A DNA stretch of 63,316 nt from Phoronis australis (lineage: Eukaryota > Animalia > Phoronida), in the NCBI GenBank assembly GCA_002633005.1, contig NMRA01000363.1:247619-310934 (forward strand), in the 5' to 3' direction. Below are positions 1-12,100 of the stretch, piece after piece (position 1 is the first letter of the stretch; every line of letters begins with the position of its first letter). The notes beneath the pieces are model-generated. The model was not told the origin of the DNA and ran no database searches. It saw only the letters and a program-made list of their open reading frames with translations. A program made the translations under genes and the position numbers.

Positions 1-1084
1 CTATGTAGAGGACGGTTGACGATGATTTTCCGACGATTTCGACTACTGTGGCGCCTCCTAGTGGCAGTTTTGTTTTTTTTGCGCCTATGGCTGTATCTCC
101 TAAACGGTTGGCAGGATCTTTACGAAATTGTGTAAGTATATTTAGATGATGTTAACAACAGAAGATAACGACTTTTGGATGGATCCGACTACCGGTGTGC
201 CCCCTAGTGGCAATTTTAGTTTTTTACGCTTACCTTTGTATCTTCAAAAGTCCTGAACGGATTTTCATGAAATTTGGTATGTAGGCACCTATTAGTGAGA
301 TGACGCTATCCTCCTGTTTTCAGGTGGATTCGGCATAGTTTGTGCCACCTAGTGGCCATTTTTAGTGTTTTTGAGTCTGTATTTTTGCGTCCACCCCTCT
401 ATCAACCAAACCGCTCAAAGGATGATTGTGAAAATTGGCGTGTATGTGCTCACTATAAGGAAGACAGCTGACAATGATTTTCAGACGATTTGGACTACTG
501 TGGCACCTCCTAGTGGCAGTTTTGTTTTTTTTGCGCCCATGGCTGTATCTCCCAAACCGTTTGCAGGATCTTTACTAAATTTTGCAAGTGTGTTTATGTG
601 ATGTTGACAACGGACGATGACGACTTTAGGATGATTCTGACTACCGGTATGCCTTTAGTGGCAATTTTAGTATTTGCCTCTAGTGGCAATTTTAGTATTT
701 TACATTGACCTTTGTATTTTCATAGGGTTCAGGTGTATACTTTGTGTTACTTCGTGACTATGAAGGAAAAGTTCCAAGTAGAAATTTGTTCCTGGCATTC
801 TAATGCTGTGCTAATCTCGTATGTTGGTAAATTTGTTTTTAATTCTAAGTTTCTGTGGTGCTTTAAGGAACTGGTGTATAGGATGTGCTTGTATTATGAA
901 GATTTCTCACATTTTGCCCCTAGCCTATTGAGGAGACAATGACCATGCCTTTCCATTTTGCTAAGTACAACTTACTACACATATGCCCTCTACAGGCCAC
1001 TTTACGGTAGCAATAAACAACCCTAGAAGGATACCGTATGCGGTGCAATTGTGGGCTCATTTCAACGCTCTGCGTTGCTCTTGT
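1..1084 (+). mobile_element. Helentron-type non-autonomous element (HINE/DINE-1-like), 3' portion, cut by the window edge
   Basis: Near-identical to 7393-8474; ends with subTIR tgtgggctcat (1050-1060) and hairpin caacgc-tct-gcgttg. Confidence 0.85.
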
Positions 1085-4000
1085 CTTACTGATTTCGGAC
1101 TTCTATGTTCGTCATGTGTATGTTATTATTACTTCTTTTGTTCATCCTCGCCACCATCGTCGTCATATTCGTCATCTTTGTCGTCATCTTTGTCGTCATC
1201 TTTTTGGTTAATTTCGCCAAGTTTCGCTCCTCGGAGCGCTTTCATTTGATTGTTTTCCACTTAAACGGCTGCAACAAACAGTGGGAGTGTCGAGTGACTA
1301 CCAGATTTTGCATGCGCCCCCGCCAGTCAGTTATCTTAATATGTTAAGGTAGCCTTAGTTTTACAACGAGGTGACGAGCATTAAGTCAACTATACCCAGG
1401 TAGTCAACGGCTGTCACAGTGGTAGGCCTACGATAGTTTTGTACACCAGTAGTCGGTAAACCAACCCTTCAAGTTTACAGAGCTGAGTATTGGCTGGCAG
1501 CTGTCTGACTGAGGGTAGAGTCTGCACTGGCCATGGCACAGTGGCACCAGTGTATATTGTTGATATGGACTGGTTACACCAGCAAATTTTCGTCTGATGA
1601 TGACGACGACTGGGTATCACTTTGTGTTGCCTCAGCTCAAACAGGTATCCCTGGTGACCCGACATTTCGCACTAAAATTTCTTATTCCGACAGTATGAAA
1701 AACGCCACTTGGCTGCACGCTAACACAAGACAGTGACTTTGCCCCCACCAAATACGTCAGGAGAAGCAGCGCTCCAAGTCTGTAATTTTTTGAGCTTCGT
1801 TAAAGAGTATAAGTTTACATTTTGTTGTTGAATTATTTGTGAAATTAATCAACAATTCATAGAAAACTATCCAAAATTTATTCAGAATAAAATACAGTTC
1901 CCTTTTATGTCAAAAATGAACTTAAGCCAATTTCTTAGATTGGATCCCTGGTTGCTTTACCTTGTATAACCTATTTATGTCTGAGAAGTTTATGGTTCAA
2001 TAAAACAATCTTTGCAGATGAAAAACAGCACTTCAGCACATAGCTGTTGTCTGGCATATGTTACTAGGAGATACGTAACCCCTTCTGTTGGGAATAGCCT
2101 TTACAGACAGTGTTACACCAAGGCTAGGCTAGTTGAGGTGCTTTAGCCCGGGCTTGGGGTCTCATGGGACATCAGAGAAATTCTGGTGATAGCAAGGTAT
2201 TGATAAGGGAATTTCAACTGCAGCTTTGCTAAAAAGTAGAGTAGTATGTGCCTGATTTAGTTTATTTCATTGGAAACACAAAGGATGTGGTAATCTAGTG
2301 TATGCAGGGAGTGTAACATGTGGAGGGGGGTTGATAATTTAAGTTGTGACCCCTGTTCTGATGCGCACACCCACGGGGGCTCGGGAGGCTTGAACGAGCC
2401 CCCCCCATTTGGTGAAGTGGGTAAACAGGTCTGGCTCAGAGAAACAAAAAGTCCGAGAAAACGAGACAAAACTCCTCTAAGAAGGCGCTGATGCACAGTT
2501 CGCAGACCTGAAGTTGGTACCCCATTTTTTTAGTCCTTCCGTTTTTTTTGTTAGCGAAAGGTCCACTTTATGAGATTCGAGCCCCTCCATGTTAAAGGCT
2601 AGGTGCGAGCATGGTTCTAAGAACTCAGTTTAGTTTAATGTACAAATCCTGACGGTGTTAGTGTCAGAAATGTCTTCTATGGCTTTCTAGTAACTAGCAT
2701 GCTGTTATTCAGCGTTATGCCTGGCTCGTGAATGACTGAGTCACCTGTGAGTCTCAATTTTTCCAGTCAAGCGCGTGAGGACGTATGTAGTGTCTATCAA
2801 TTATCATTGGCCAACAATGAAAAATATGCTCAATTTTTTACGGGAAACTCAAAATGGTTTAAAGTAAAAAGTAATTCGTCTGACGAAAACGACAGCAATG
2901 AACTCCGGGAGTGAGTACAGGGGTACATGATGAGCGAAGTCACAGGCTTTGCGTTCACTTGATCCACCGTATTGGTGGGCCTTATTGGGCCTATCATGGA
3001 GAAGGACTGGAGCAGAAGTTTGGATACAATACAAGACAAAAGTAATCGGACAAAATATCGTTTCGATCATGATGGCTAATTCTGTTGACAGCAAAAATGA
3101 GTGATAATAACTTCTAGGGCAGCTAAATTCTAATTACAGAATGTTTTAGCCACCTTATAAACTCTCCTGTTAATTCTCAGTCATTTTTGGTCGTGAGGGG
3201 AGACAACTCTGACGATAAGTTGAATTCAGCTTCATGTCCCAGGTGTTAAGACGTCCAGGAATTCCGAGTCTTTGTGTGTGAATACTTTTGGTTTGTACTG
3301 TATGTGCCATGATGAGCTTAACCTTCAGTTCCGTTGTGCTGGTAAAAACCATTTGGAGAAATTTGGAGTGATTTTACGAACCGCAATACCTAAACTGATA
3401 CCAAGACAATGTAAACTGTGTAGGAATTAGGAATTTTCTTGATCGCATTGGAATTGCGAATATTACTGACAAAAACGTCAAAATGCACTGCGTTGCATGC
3501 CTGGGTGACTGAATGTACTTGAAGTTTATTGGTAATGGGAAATAGTGAAGCAGTATGAAATCTTTATTAATTAGCGTTGACCTGTGATTTGTACTTTAAA
3601 GAACATTTCTACTGATTGGAAACTTCACTGCAATTAGTAACTAATCTTCACCTATCTAGCACTAGAACGTGGCTGAAATGTAAAATTCTATTTTGTCACA
3701 TTTCTCCACAAAAAGATTTATTAAGAAAATTTTAGACTATGGTTTATACCGTGTAGATGTCATAAAATAATTTTAGTTAAAATTTTCAATATTTGGCAAT
3801 TATGTTTGTGTGAAATATGTTAGTGAAGAATTACTGTATTCTACGTTCAGTCTGATTGGCTCTGCATCAGGCTTTAAATAGAAATCCTCCATACTTTTTG
3901 TTTTCTTTTAATTCCCTGATATGGCCATTACGGTTGTCATGGTGACACAAAGTGCACTAGTTGTCTATAATAACTTGCTCATTATGACTCCTTCAGTACC

Positions 4001-6901
4001 TGGCTACCAGTAAACACACAACTGATAGCAGGATGCCTGTGGATCTAGTAATGTTAATTAGGATTTAATGGTAATTTAGTACAAAAGCAATTGATTTTTG
4101 TTTTCATTTTTTAAAGGTTTCTAACAACCTTGTGAATGGCAACAATTTCTCGGAGCACTGTTCAATGGTACACAATAGAGAATGAAAAAATGATCAAGTA
4201 TTGGCATGATGCAACTTACTTTAAAAACAAATTGACTTGTCCTCTTAAGCGTGTCCTCAATGACGAGATTTCACCGTTCGCTAAATAGTTTCACATTGCG
4301 GGGAAACACGAGGAGTGGCTAAAATTTTCAACAGGAGTTTCCTCATCTCTGTTACTTGTAAAACCAAAATTATCGCTTTTAAATTGATGTCCAAACATCC
4401 ATTCTCTTCAATAAATTGATTTAGTTACCTTTGATGTTCTGTAAGTAGTCTGGCTAACATAGTGTCTGTGAAAGGCTAGCTAAATTTTGGGGTAATTCAA
4501 AGTGTCAGTTAAAGTGACCCTTGCAACTGTTCAAATTACTCGGGTTTTCACCACTACAGAAAATGGTAGGGAAAACCTGGGTATTTTGGTCAATTTGTGA
4601 AGGGATATTGTGCTTCATTTAAGGTTATGAATGTATTAAATCTTAATGCTTACAGTCCTTTGGTTTTTAGCCTGACCTAGTTCACTACTCTAGAAAGATG
4701 GCTAAACTTGGTAACGTGTCAGAAATGGCAAATCAGATTCTTATTTCAGTTATTATGCTTTATGTGCTCAGGGTGCTCCCCCAATCGCAGTCATTGATTT
4801 CTTTTAAATTGTTCCATTCTTTCGCATGAGAACTTTCATGATTTTTATGAAAAATAAAACAAAAGTTTCGTTAAGCAAAAACGAAGTAATTTGGAAATCT
4901 GTAACAGTGTCGTTGAGATTTTATCTAGAACATTTATACAAAATGAAATTTGGTCATGTTATTGTGTCATTGTGTCCTAGATTTTACTAAAAATGGAATG
5001 ACATCCATGGCCACATTAGGTACCAAGTGGTTGTAAAGTCAAATTTCTGTTTTCAGAAAATACATTCTTTTACTAGACCTTGTCAGTAACATACTTTATA
5101 ACCAGACTGGCTTTAAAAGAACATTCATCGGTGGTATGGCGGAAAAAAAACATTTTAGGATCATTATTGGTTAGGATAGACCTCACAAAGTCATAAAGCT
5201 TTGACCAGAGGAATAAAACAACAAAATCAGTTGTTTTTGTGATTTTATTGCGAATTGTCACTTCTTGCTCGACATTTTCTGAAATCAGGCTCGGTGTCTT
5301 TACCAGTTAAATGTGCTTAAAACATCCTGCTAGCTTGGGACTAGAAAAGCTCAGTGGCACTGAGTGGTTGATTACACTGGTACTGCTGCGGAGCTTTGGG
5401 TTTCTTTGGTGCTGCTAAATTTCAGAAAAATTTTTGTGGAGAATGTCCCATTAAATTCAAGGGTTTACATGAATTTAAATTTTGTACATTTTACTTTACT
5501 ATAACCCATCACCACCTGCTTTAGTCTATAAAAGCATGCTGTAGTAATTCTACATTGTCTTGTTTCACACAAAAATAATCGTCAAAATTGTCATCATTTT
5601 CTATTTTTAATGAGCTGATTATGGAAACTTGACCAAATGTCATTTTACACCTTTTAGTGTTCAGTAAAAACTAGCCCAGTAATAGAAAAAAATTCTTCAT
5701 CTTATTTTGTGAAAAACTCACTTGTCGGCCATATTTTATACTGAACAAGTGAAGACTTTCCACTCTTTTTAAAAGTCTCTCATTTCAAGGCACAGTGGTG
5801 TCATTAACCAAGTTTTGTTACAAAGTTAATTATTGATTAATGGTTGTTGAACCGCGTTTGCTAAATCATTTGATGCTGATTTGCCATCAACAGACCTGGG
5901 ATATGATTCATGAAAAGTCTGGTCTTGCGCTCCGCACTACTCAATTTCTGAAAAATAAGCAAGTCCCACTTGAGTAAAAATGCAGTCTCTGAGGATGTAC
6001 ACATGGCTGCAAGTTGCTGAAATAGTTCTCTAAATTCTATCCAGACTATGGTGCGCTCATAATTACTTGGCAAAACCTTTTTCTAGCAACTGTAAAGTCT
6101 CGCTAGCAAAACAGAACGATGGTTTTGTTGAACTGTACTATTTATTTCCTTTGTAAATGTTTTTATTGAACCATTTCCCATTTGATTGATGAAGGTAAAA
6201 AATAAAACCTTGTTTGTTAAGCTGTTTCTATTGTTTGCCTCCTCACAAACTTTTGTTTATTAATCTGTTCAACCAAAACACAATTCATTAGTTAAAAATC
6301 CCTTTCTGGTATCTTTTATCACATGGTGTTTGCAATTTTGGTAGTTTGCAAGGTTGCAACACGTTTGTTGCATTGATTATTGCTTGCGCACAGACAATTC
6401 TCTGGTTTGGTCCGAGAAGTTCACAGAAACCCTTAGGCAGTCTGATGCCACTGGTTTGCAGACGTTATTTTAGTCGGGAGAAGCTGACCCCAAAATTAGT
6501 TCTAAGGAAATCCCGTCAAGATTCCTAAAGTTTCAGGACTGATGTATGGTAAAACTTAATGATTTGGGATAGAATAATTTGTCAAATATACAGATTTTTC
6601 ATCTTTGGAGAGTTTCAAAGATTTTTGTAAATACCCGTGGTTTTCAAAGTAATTTTGAATGTCTGAAAATAACACAATAGAATTTAATTGACTAATCAGA
6701 CAAATCCAGAAACTAATGAGTGAATTCTTCCTAAAGTAATGCTGGCAAAGTTGATGCAATTTGGGAATTTGTGTCCTCATGCAAAATTTTCCCTGGTAAA
6801 ATTTTACTTCAATTAATGTAGAGATAATTTCCATCAGTTTGGCTGTTTCTGTTGTCTGATGCTAGCTATATAGTGCAGAATTTGAAAATAACAAAGAATG
6901 C

Positions 6902-8475
6902 TTTTTATGCGCCCACATATTTATATGTGGACGCATTATGCCGTCATCTCTGTCCGTCCGTCCGTCCGTCCGTCCGTCCGTCCGGGCGGCGTCCGTCCGG
7001 CGTCCGGCGTCTGGCGTCCGGCGTCCGCTGCTCTATCTCCAAAACCCTTTGACATACGTTCATGAAATTTAGCACATATGTTCCATTCATGAATGGGACG
7101 GCATGTGCGAACTTTCAGACGGATCCGACTACCGGTGTGCCCCCTAGTGGCAATTTTAGTTTTTTACGCTTACCTTTGTATCTTCAAAAGTCCTGAACGG
7201 ATTTTCATGAAATTTGGTATGTAGGCACCTAGTAGTGAGATGACGTTATCCTGCCGTTTTCAGATGGATTCAACATAGTTTGCGCCACCTACTGGCCATT
7301 TTTAGTGTTTTCGAGTCTGTTTTTGTGCGTCCACCCCTCTATCAACCAAACCGCTCAAAGGATGATTGTGAAAATTGGCAAGTATATGCTTACTATGTAG
7401 AGGACGGTTGACGATGATTTTCCGACGATTTCGACTACTGTGGCGCCTCCTAGTGGCAGTTTTGTTTTTTTGCGCCTATGGCTGTATCTCCTAAACCGTT
7501 CGCAGGATCTTTACAAATTGTGTAAGTATATTTATATGATGTTAACAACGGAAGATGACGACTTTTGGTCGGATCCGACTACCGGTGTGCCCCCTAGTGG
7601 CAATTTTAGTTTTTTACGCTTACCTTTGTATCTTCAAAAGTATTGAACGGATTTTCATGAAATTTGGTATGTAGGCACCTATTAGTGAGATGACGCTATC
7701 CTACTGTTTTCAGATGGATTCGACGTAGTTTGCGCCACCTAGTGGCCATTTTTACTGTTTTCGAGTCTGTATTTTTGCGTCCACCCCTCTATCAACCAAA
7801 CCGCTCAAAGGATGATTGTGAAAATTGGCGTGTATGTGCTTACTATAAGGAAGACAGCTGACAATGATTTTCAGACGATTTGGACTTCTGTGGCGCCTCC
7901 TAGTGGCAGTTTTGTTTTTTTGCACCCATGGCTGTATCTCCCAAACCGTTCGCAGGATCTTTACTAAATTTAGCAAGTGTATTTATGTGATGTTGACAAC
8001 GGACGATGACGACTTTAGGATGATTCTGATTACCGGTATGCCTCTAGTGGCAATTTTAGTATTTGCCTCTAGTGGCAATTTTAGTATTTTACATTGACCT
8101 CTGTATTTTCATAGGTCTTCAGGTGTATACTTTGTGTTACTTCGTGACTGTGAAGGAAAAGTTCCAAGTAGAAATTTGTTTCTGGCATTCTAATGCTGTG
8201 CTAATCTCGTATGTTGGTAAATTTGTTTTTAATTCTATGTTTCTGTGGTGCTTTAAGCAACTGGTGTATAGGATGTGCTTGTATTATGAAGATTACTCAC
8301 ATTTTGCCCCTAGCCTATTGAGGAGACAAGGACCATGCCTTTCCATTTTGCAAAGTACAACATACTACATATATGCCCTCTACTGGCCACTTTATGGTAC
8401 CAATGAACAACCCTAGAAGGATACCGTATGCGGTGCAATTGTGGGCGCATTTCAACGCTCTGCGTTGCTCTTGTT
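6902..8475 (+). mobile_element. Complete Helentron-type non-autonomous element (HINE/DINE-1-like), ~1.57 kb
   Basis: T-run start. 5' subTIR atgcgcccaca (6907-6917) in a stem-loop with tgtggacgcat (6926-6936). (GTCC)n at 6952-6983. Central ~150-bp subrepeats in a 450-bp higher-order period (7121 vs 7571). 3' subTIR tgtgggcgcat (8440-8450) and terminal hairpin caacgc-tct-gcgttg (8453-8467). This is the canonical DINE-1/HINE architecture. Confidence 0.88.
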
Positions 8476-9048
8476 ATATAATTACTGGAAACCTGAAGTT
8501 CCCCGTGTGAACTCCTTTATCAAGTGCAACATCTCATTGTTCAACCCCAACTATGAATGCTTACCAATTGAGATTGCAATAGTCACTTTCCACAGCATCC
8601 CCTGGACACACCTCTGGCTTCTTCTGTTTGGGGATCAGGGAACAGAGACCACTGTCTGATTAATGATTAACATTACTGCCCTATGGCAAAGCCATTTCCA
8701 GGCTATAAAATGTACATCCCTCAGGATTGAAAATTAAACATTTTCATTGTTCGAGGTACAAAGTAGATTAACAACAGAAGAAAAGAGAACTTGAGCAACA
8801 GCCTGCTGTTCCTTTGTTGATTATGCGCCAGCCCTATCACTGCACTTGGTAATCTGCCTGAGCAACACAATGGGGCCACTTGACTTGTGGACACCACTGC
8901 ACAGTAGAGTACCTATATGAGATATCTTAATGCAGTGAAATTGGAATGAGGGAAGAGTCTCTATTGCTGGTTTCCTGGATTGATGAGATTTTACTGTATT
9001 ATTAGTTTCCATGGAGACATGAATGAAACGAAGTGTTTCCTTTTACAG

Positions 9049-9155
9049 TATTGCTTCGCCATATATTACAAGAAGGAGGGACAACGTCAGTATGACCTAA
9101 GAACGGATACAGACGCAGAGTGCTCGGCTTGGATAGACGCCATCAGAAATGCCAG
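9049..9155 (+). CDS. RASGRF: RASGRF exon, PH1 C-terminus ([35 protein letters not shown])
   Basis: ttttacag| ... gccag|gtact; 107 nt, phase 0 to 2; contains the PH C-terminal helix W. Confidence 0.93.
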
Positions 9156-12100
9156 GTACTTCTTGTTGTCAATTAATTGCTGGCTGTGGTGGGGGGGGGG
9201 GGTAATTCCTGAGCCTTGGGTGTGGGGGGCATGTAGCACTTGATGTTTTGGTTCACTTGATGGTGAGAGGGTGTTGAAAAGTTGGGTTAAGTATGCTATA
9301 GCATAGGTTGACTCGTGTAATACTTGGCTGCTCTATGTGAGGAAGGGGGTTTAGGTCATAATCATCAAATTAGCATAATTTCCAAAAAACGGAACAAGCA
9401 TCCTAACAGATCGAGTTTGAAGCAGTTCCAATGGCATGCCTCTAAATTTGGACTGCGCTCCTCTTTTTAGAACACAAAAGTCTGGTGTACAAGACGAGCC
9501 GAGTTGACATCAGGGATTGAATATAACTTCTTTCGTTTGCAAGTATTTGAGATGTTGAACAAGCATTTCAATATCCCTCCGCACGATATTGACAATTTGA
9601 TGGCAGGGCAGTTGCAAGGATTTTTGTGAAAAACAGCATTACGTGACCATGCAGAATCCTACACTATCACCATCTAGCGGCAAGGCATATTTCATTAAAT
9701 ATCCATTAGACCCGGTTCACTGATTCACTGTAACTCAACTCTGTGCAGTGACAATCGGTTGATCAGCACAGTAATTCAACAATGTCTTCTACATTGTGAA
9801 ACTCTTACACACTGGGCTTTGACAGTATTTAAAATCGCTGAATCTCTTATACTGACAGGCCTTTCCCACAAACGCCGACGCATTTGTGTTTAGGAGAGCA
9901 TTGGTCAATGGAAACGCTTAGATTTGGTCTAGAGTCGAAGTTAACAAACAGTTCAAGTTTACTTCACAGTAATTGTGTAGACTTAACAGCAAAGCGTCAG
10001 TGTATCACTACAATGGGTCTGACATGCTAAATATTAGTATCCATCGAAGTTATATTGCCAGAGGTCACTGATGTGATGATGGTGAAGCCGATATTATATG
10101 CCACCATGCAATAACTTCGATGACGGCAGCATCACCTCGAGTTTGACTCGGATGTCTGTAAACTGCCGAAGCCAAATGGGAGTATTCAAGTTAACTTCTC
10201 AGTTTATGAAGACATCATGCTGGTACTGGATTTAACTTGATGGCAAAAAAGGACTTTCAGTCAAACAATCAGGCAACGTAATGCCGTGACGTTGCCTGCA
10301 GTCATAGTCGTGTTACACACAGCTAGCCATTATGGCTAAATCAGAAACAAAAGGATGTGATAGACATTTTTCATCTTGCCATTGGGCGAAGTTCTATGTA
10401 GGAAATGTATACCTCTGGCACATGGTTAAGTCAAAGGCACCCCATTCAAGCCAGTATCAGGGGTCGTTATGAATTAAGCTACAGGTTGCCCTGTAACCAA
10501 CGTACGGTAGAGGCGCGGAATGACTGGCTCCCGCAATTCCAATTTTAGTTTTGGAAAGTCACACTGTCACTGCAAAAATGCATGACTGTTGTCCCAATTT
10601 TCACAGCTTCAAGGGCTCTGTACGGTCTTTTCTATTGATTGAAACCAGCCAGAATCAGTTATTGCTCAACCTTGCTCTGCATGGTTTCAAAGATCATTCC
10701 GGGTTGACCATTGCATGCTTTCATTGAATTGCCGTTGTTCTAGCCATAACTCCCCTCACATCGATTAGTTTTATCGTACATGTTAACAGAGTGAGGGTTT
10801 AGTATGACATGTTTACTTACCAATCTTCAGTTTGATGAGGGCTATTAATTATTTCCGTGTTATCTATGGGCACTTGATTGCACAGTGGCTGGTGTTATGA
10901 GAGTCGATTACGTCAGAGAGTGTATATGCGAATCAGTGTGTTTTCATGCATATTAAATTCTTCATCAAAGTTGGCGTATACTTACAAGTTGCTACTCATT
11001 GAGAGCATTGATCATTCTTACAAAACATGATTTCATATCAAGATATAGTCTACTACTCTAGATTTTCCACAGTCATTGATTTTGCTACATTGCCAAAGAA
11101 AGATCCCCTTTCCATCAAGGATGCTTTCCTCTGGTTGACTGCATTTCTCTTAACCTAAAAGACGTACAAAATGCTTTTGAGCACAATTATTATTTTCTTG
11201 GCCCAGTTTGGGAATTCAAAATGCTGAGTTCAATTTTTCTGGCAAAATTGTTGCGGACAGACAATGATCGAGACTCGTGCAGCTGAGCAGAGGCTCATGG
11301 GAATGGAACGGGCCATCATCTGTTCATGTCTAGATCCTCGTTTTAATTAATCAATGCACAATGTACAAAGAGCATGTTTTACTCTTTTGGTGTCTTCTGC
11401 TGTTCTAGCTACCGTCTGCATTGAGTGCGTGCACATGCATTTCATCTTGTTTCATTTAGCTTTGTCGCTTAGTGTACATGCCATTATGTATCACACATTC
11501 AAAGGTTTTATGTATTGACTCCGACATCAACTGACCTTGGATTTGTATAATATGCTAAAATTGATGTTTGTATTAATTGTTGGAATTGTTTCCCTTGGAC
11601 CAGCTACGCACGGCTAGTTGAGCACAAAGAACAGCTTGAGCAAAAGCACTTGCATTTGCTGCAGATACTGGACAGTGAACGCCAGTCTAAGTGGCACTAT
11701 GTGCAGCAGACGGAGGAACTACACCAGGAAGTGAAGAAACTAAAGGCTGAGGTGAGTGACACCATATGGTGGCAAGGTGGTATATGTTTGGGAGTGACAT
11801 CTGGTGGTAGTCACTGACCTCTCCAGGTTATAAGAGACCAGATTGTCCAGGTGGCACTTTGTAGACCTGACAAAGGAAGGAACAGGATTATTAAGTGAAT
11901 GTATACAGAGGTGAGTGACACCTGGTGGTGGATAATTGAGAATGAAGTTGTAGGTGCTACAAAGTATTGTACTTGGTGACCTCAGTTTTGGTACATTCAG
12001 ACCCGATGTCTAATCTCCAAACTTAAACTAGACATAGTCTTTAATATTTAGTTTTGTGTGGTCTGATTCCGTTGTGACTAGTGGTCCATGTAGACAATTA

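Noticed and set aside
2370-2615. GC-rich-ended segments here and at ~20192-20356 resembling small MITEs
   Set aside because: The termini are too degenerate for me to define TIRs or TSDs with confidence.
365-8416. ORF-track ORFs at 365-942 and 6852-8416
   Set aside because: They lie in non-autonomous HINE repeats, frames differ between near-identical copies, and there are no Rep/helicase motifs.
1086-9048. Search for the first RASGRF coding exon (PH1 N-terminus)
   Set aside because: I found no segment resembling the expected GYL.K...W..RWF.L..N.LFY motifs; it is presumably upstream of the window.
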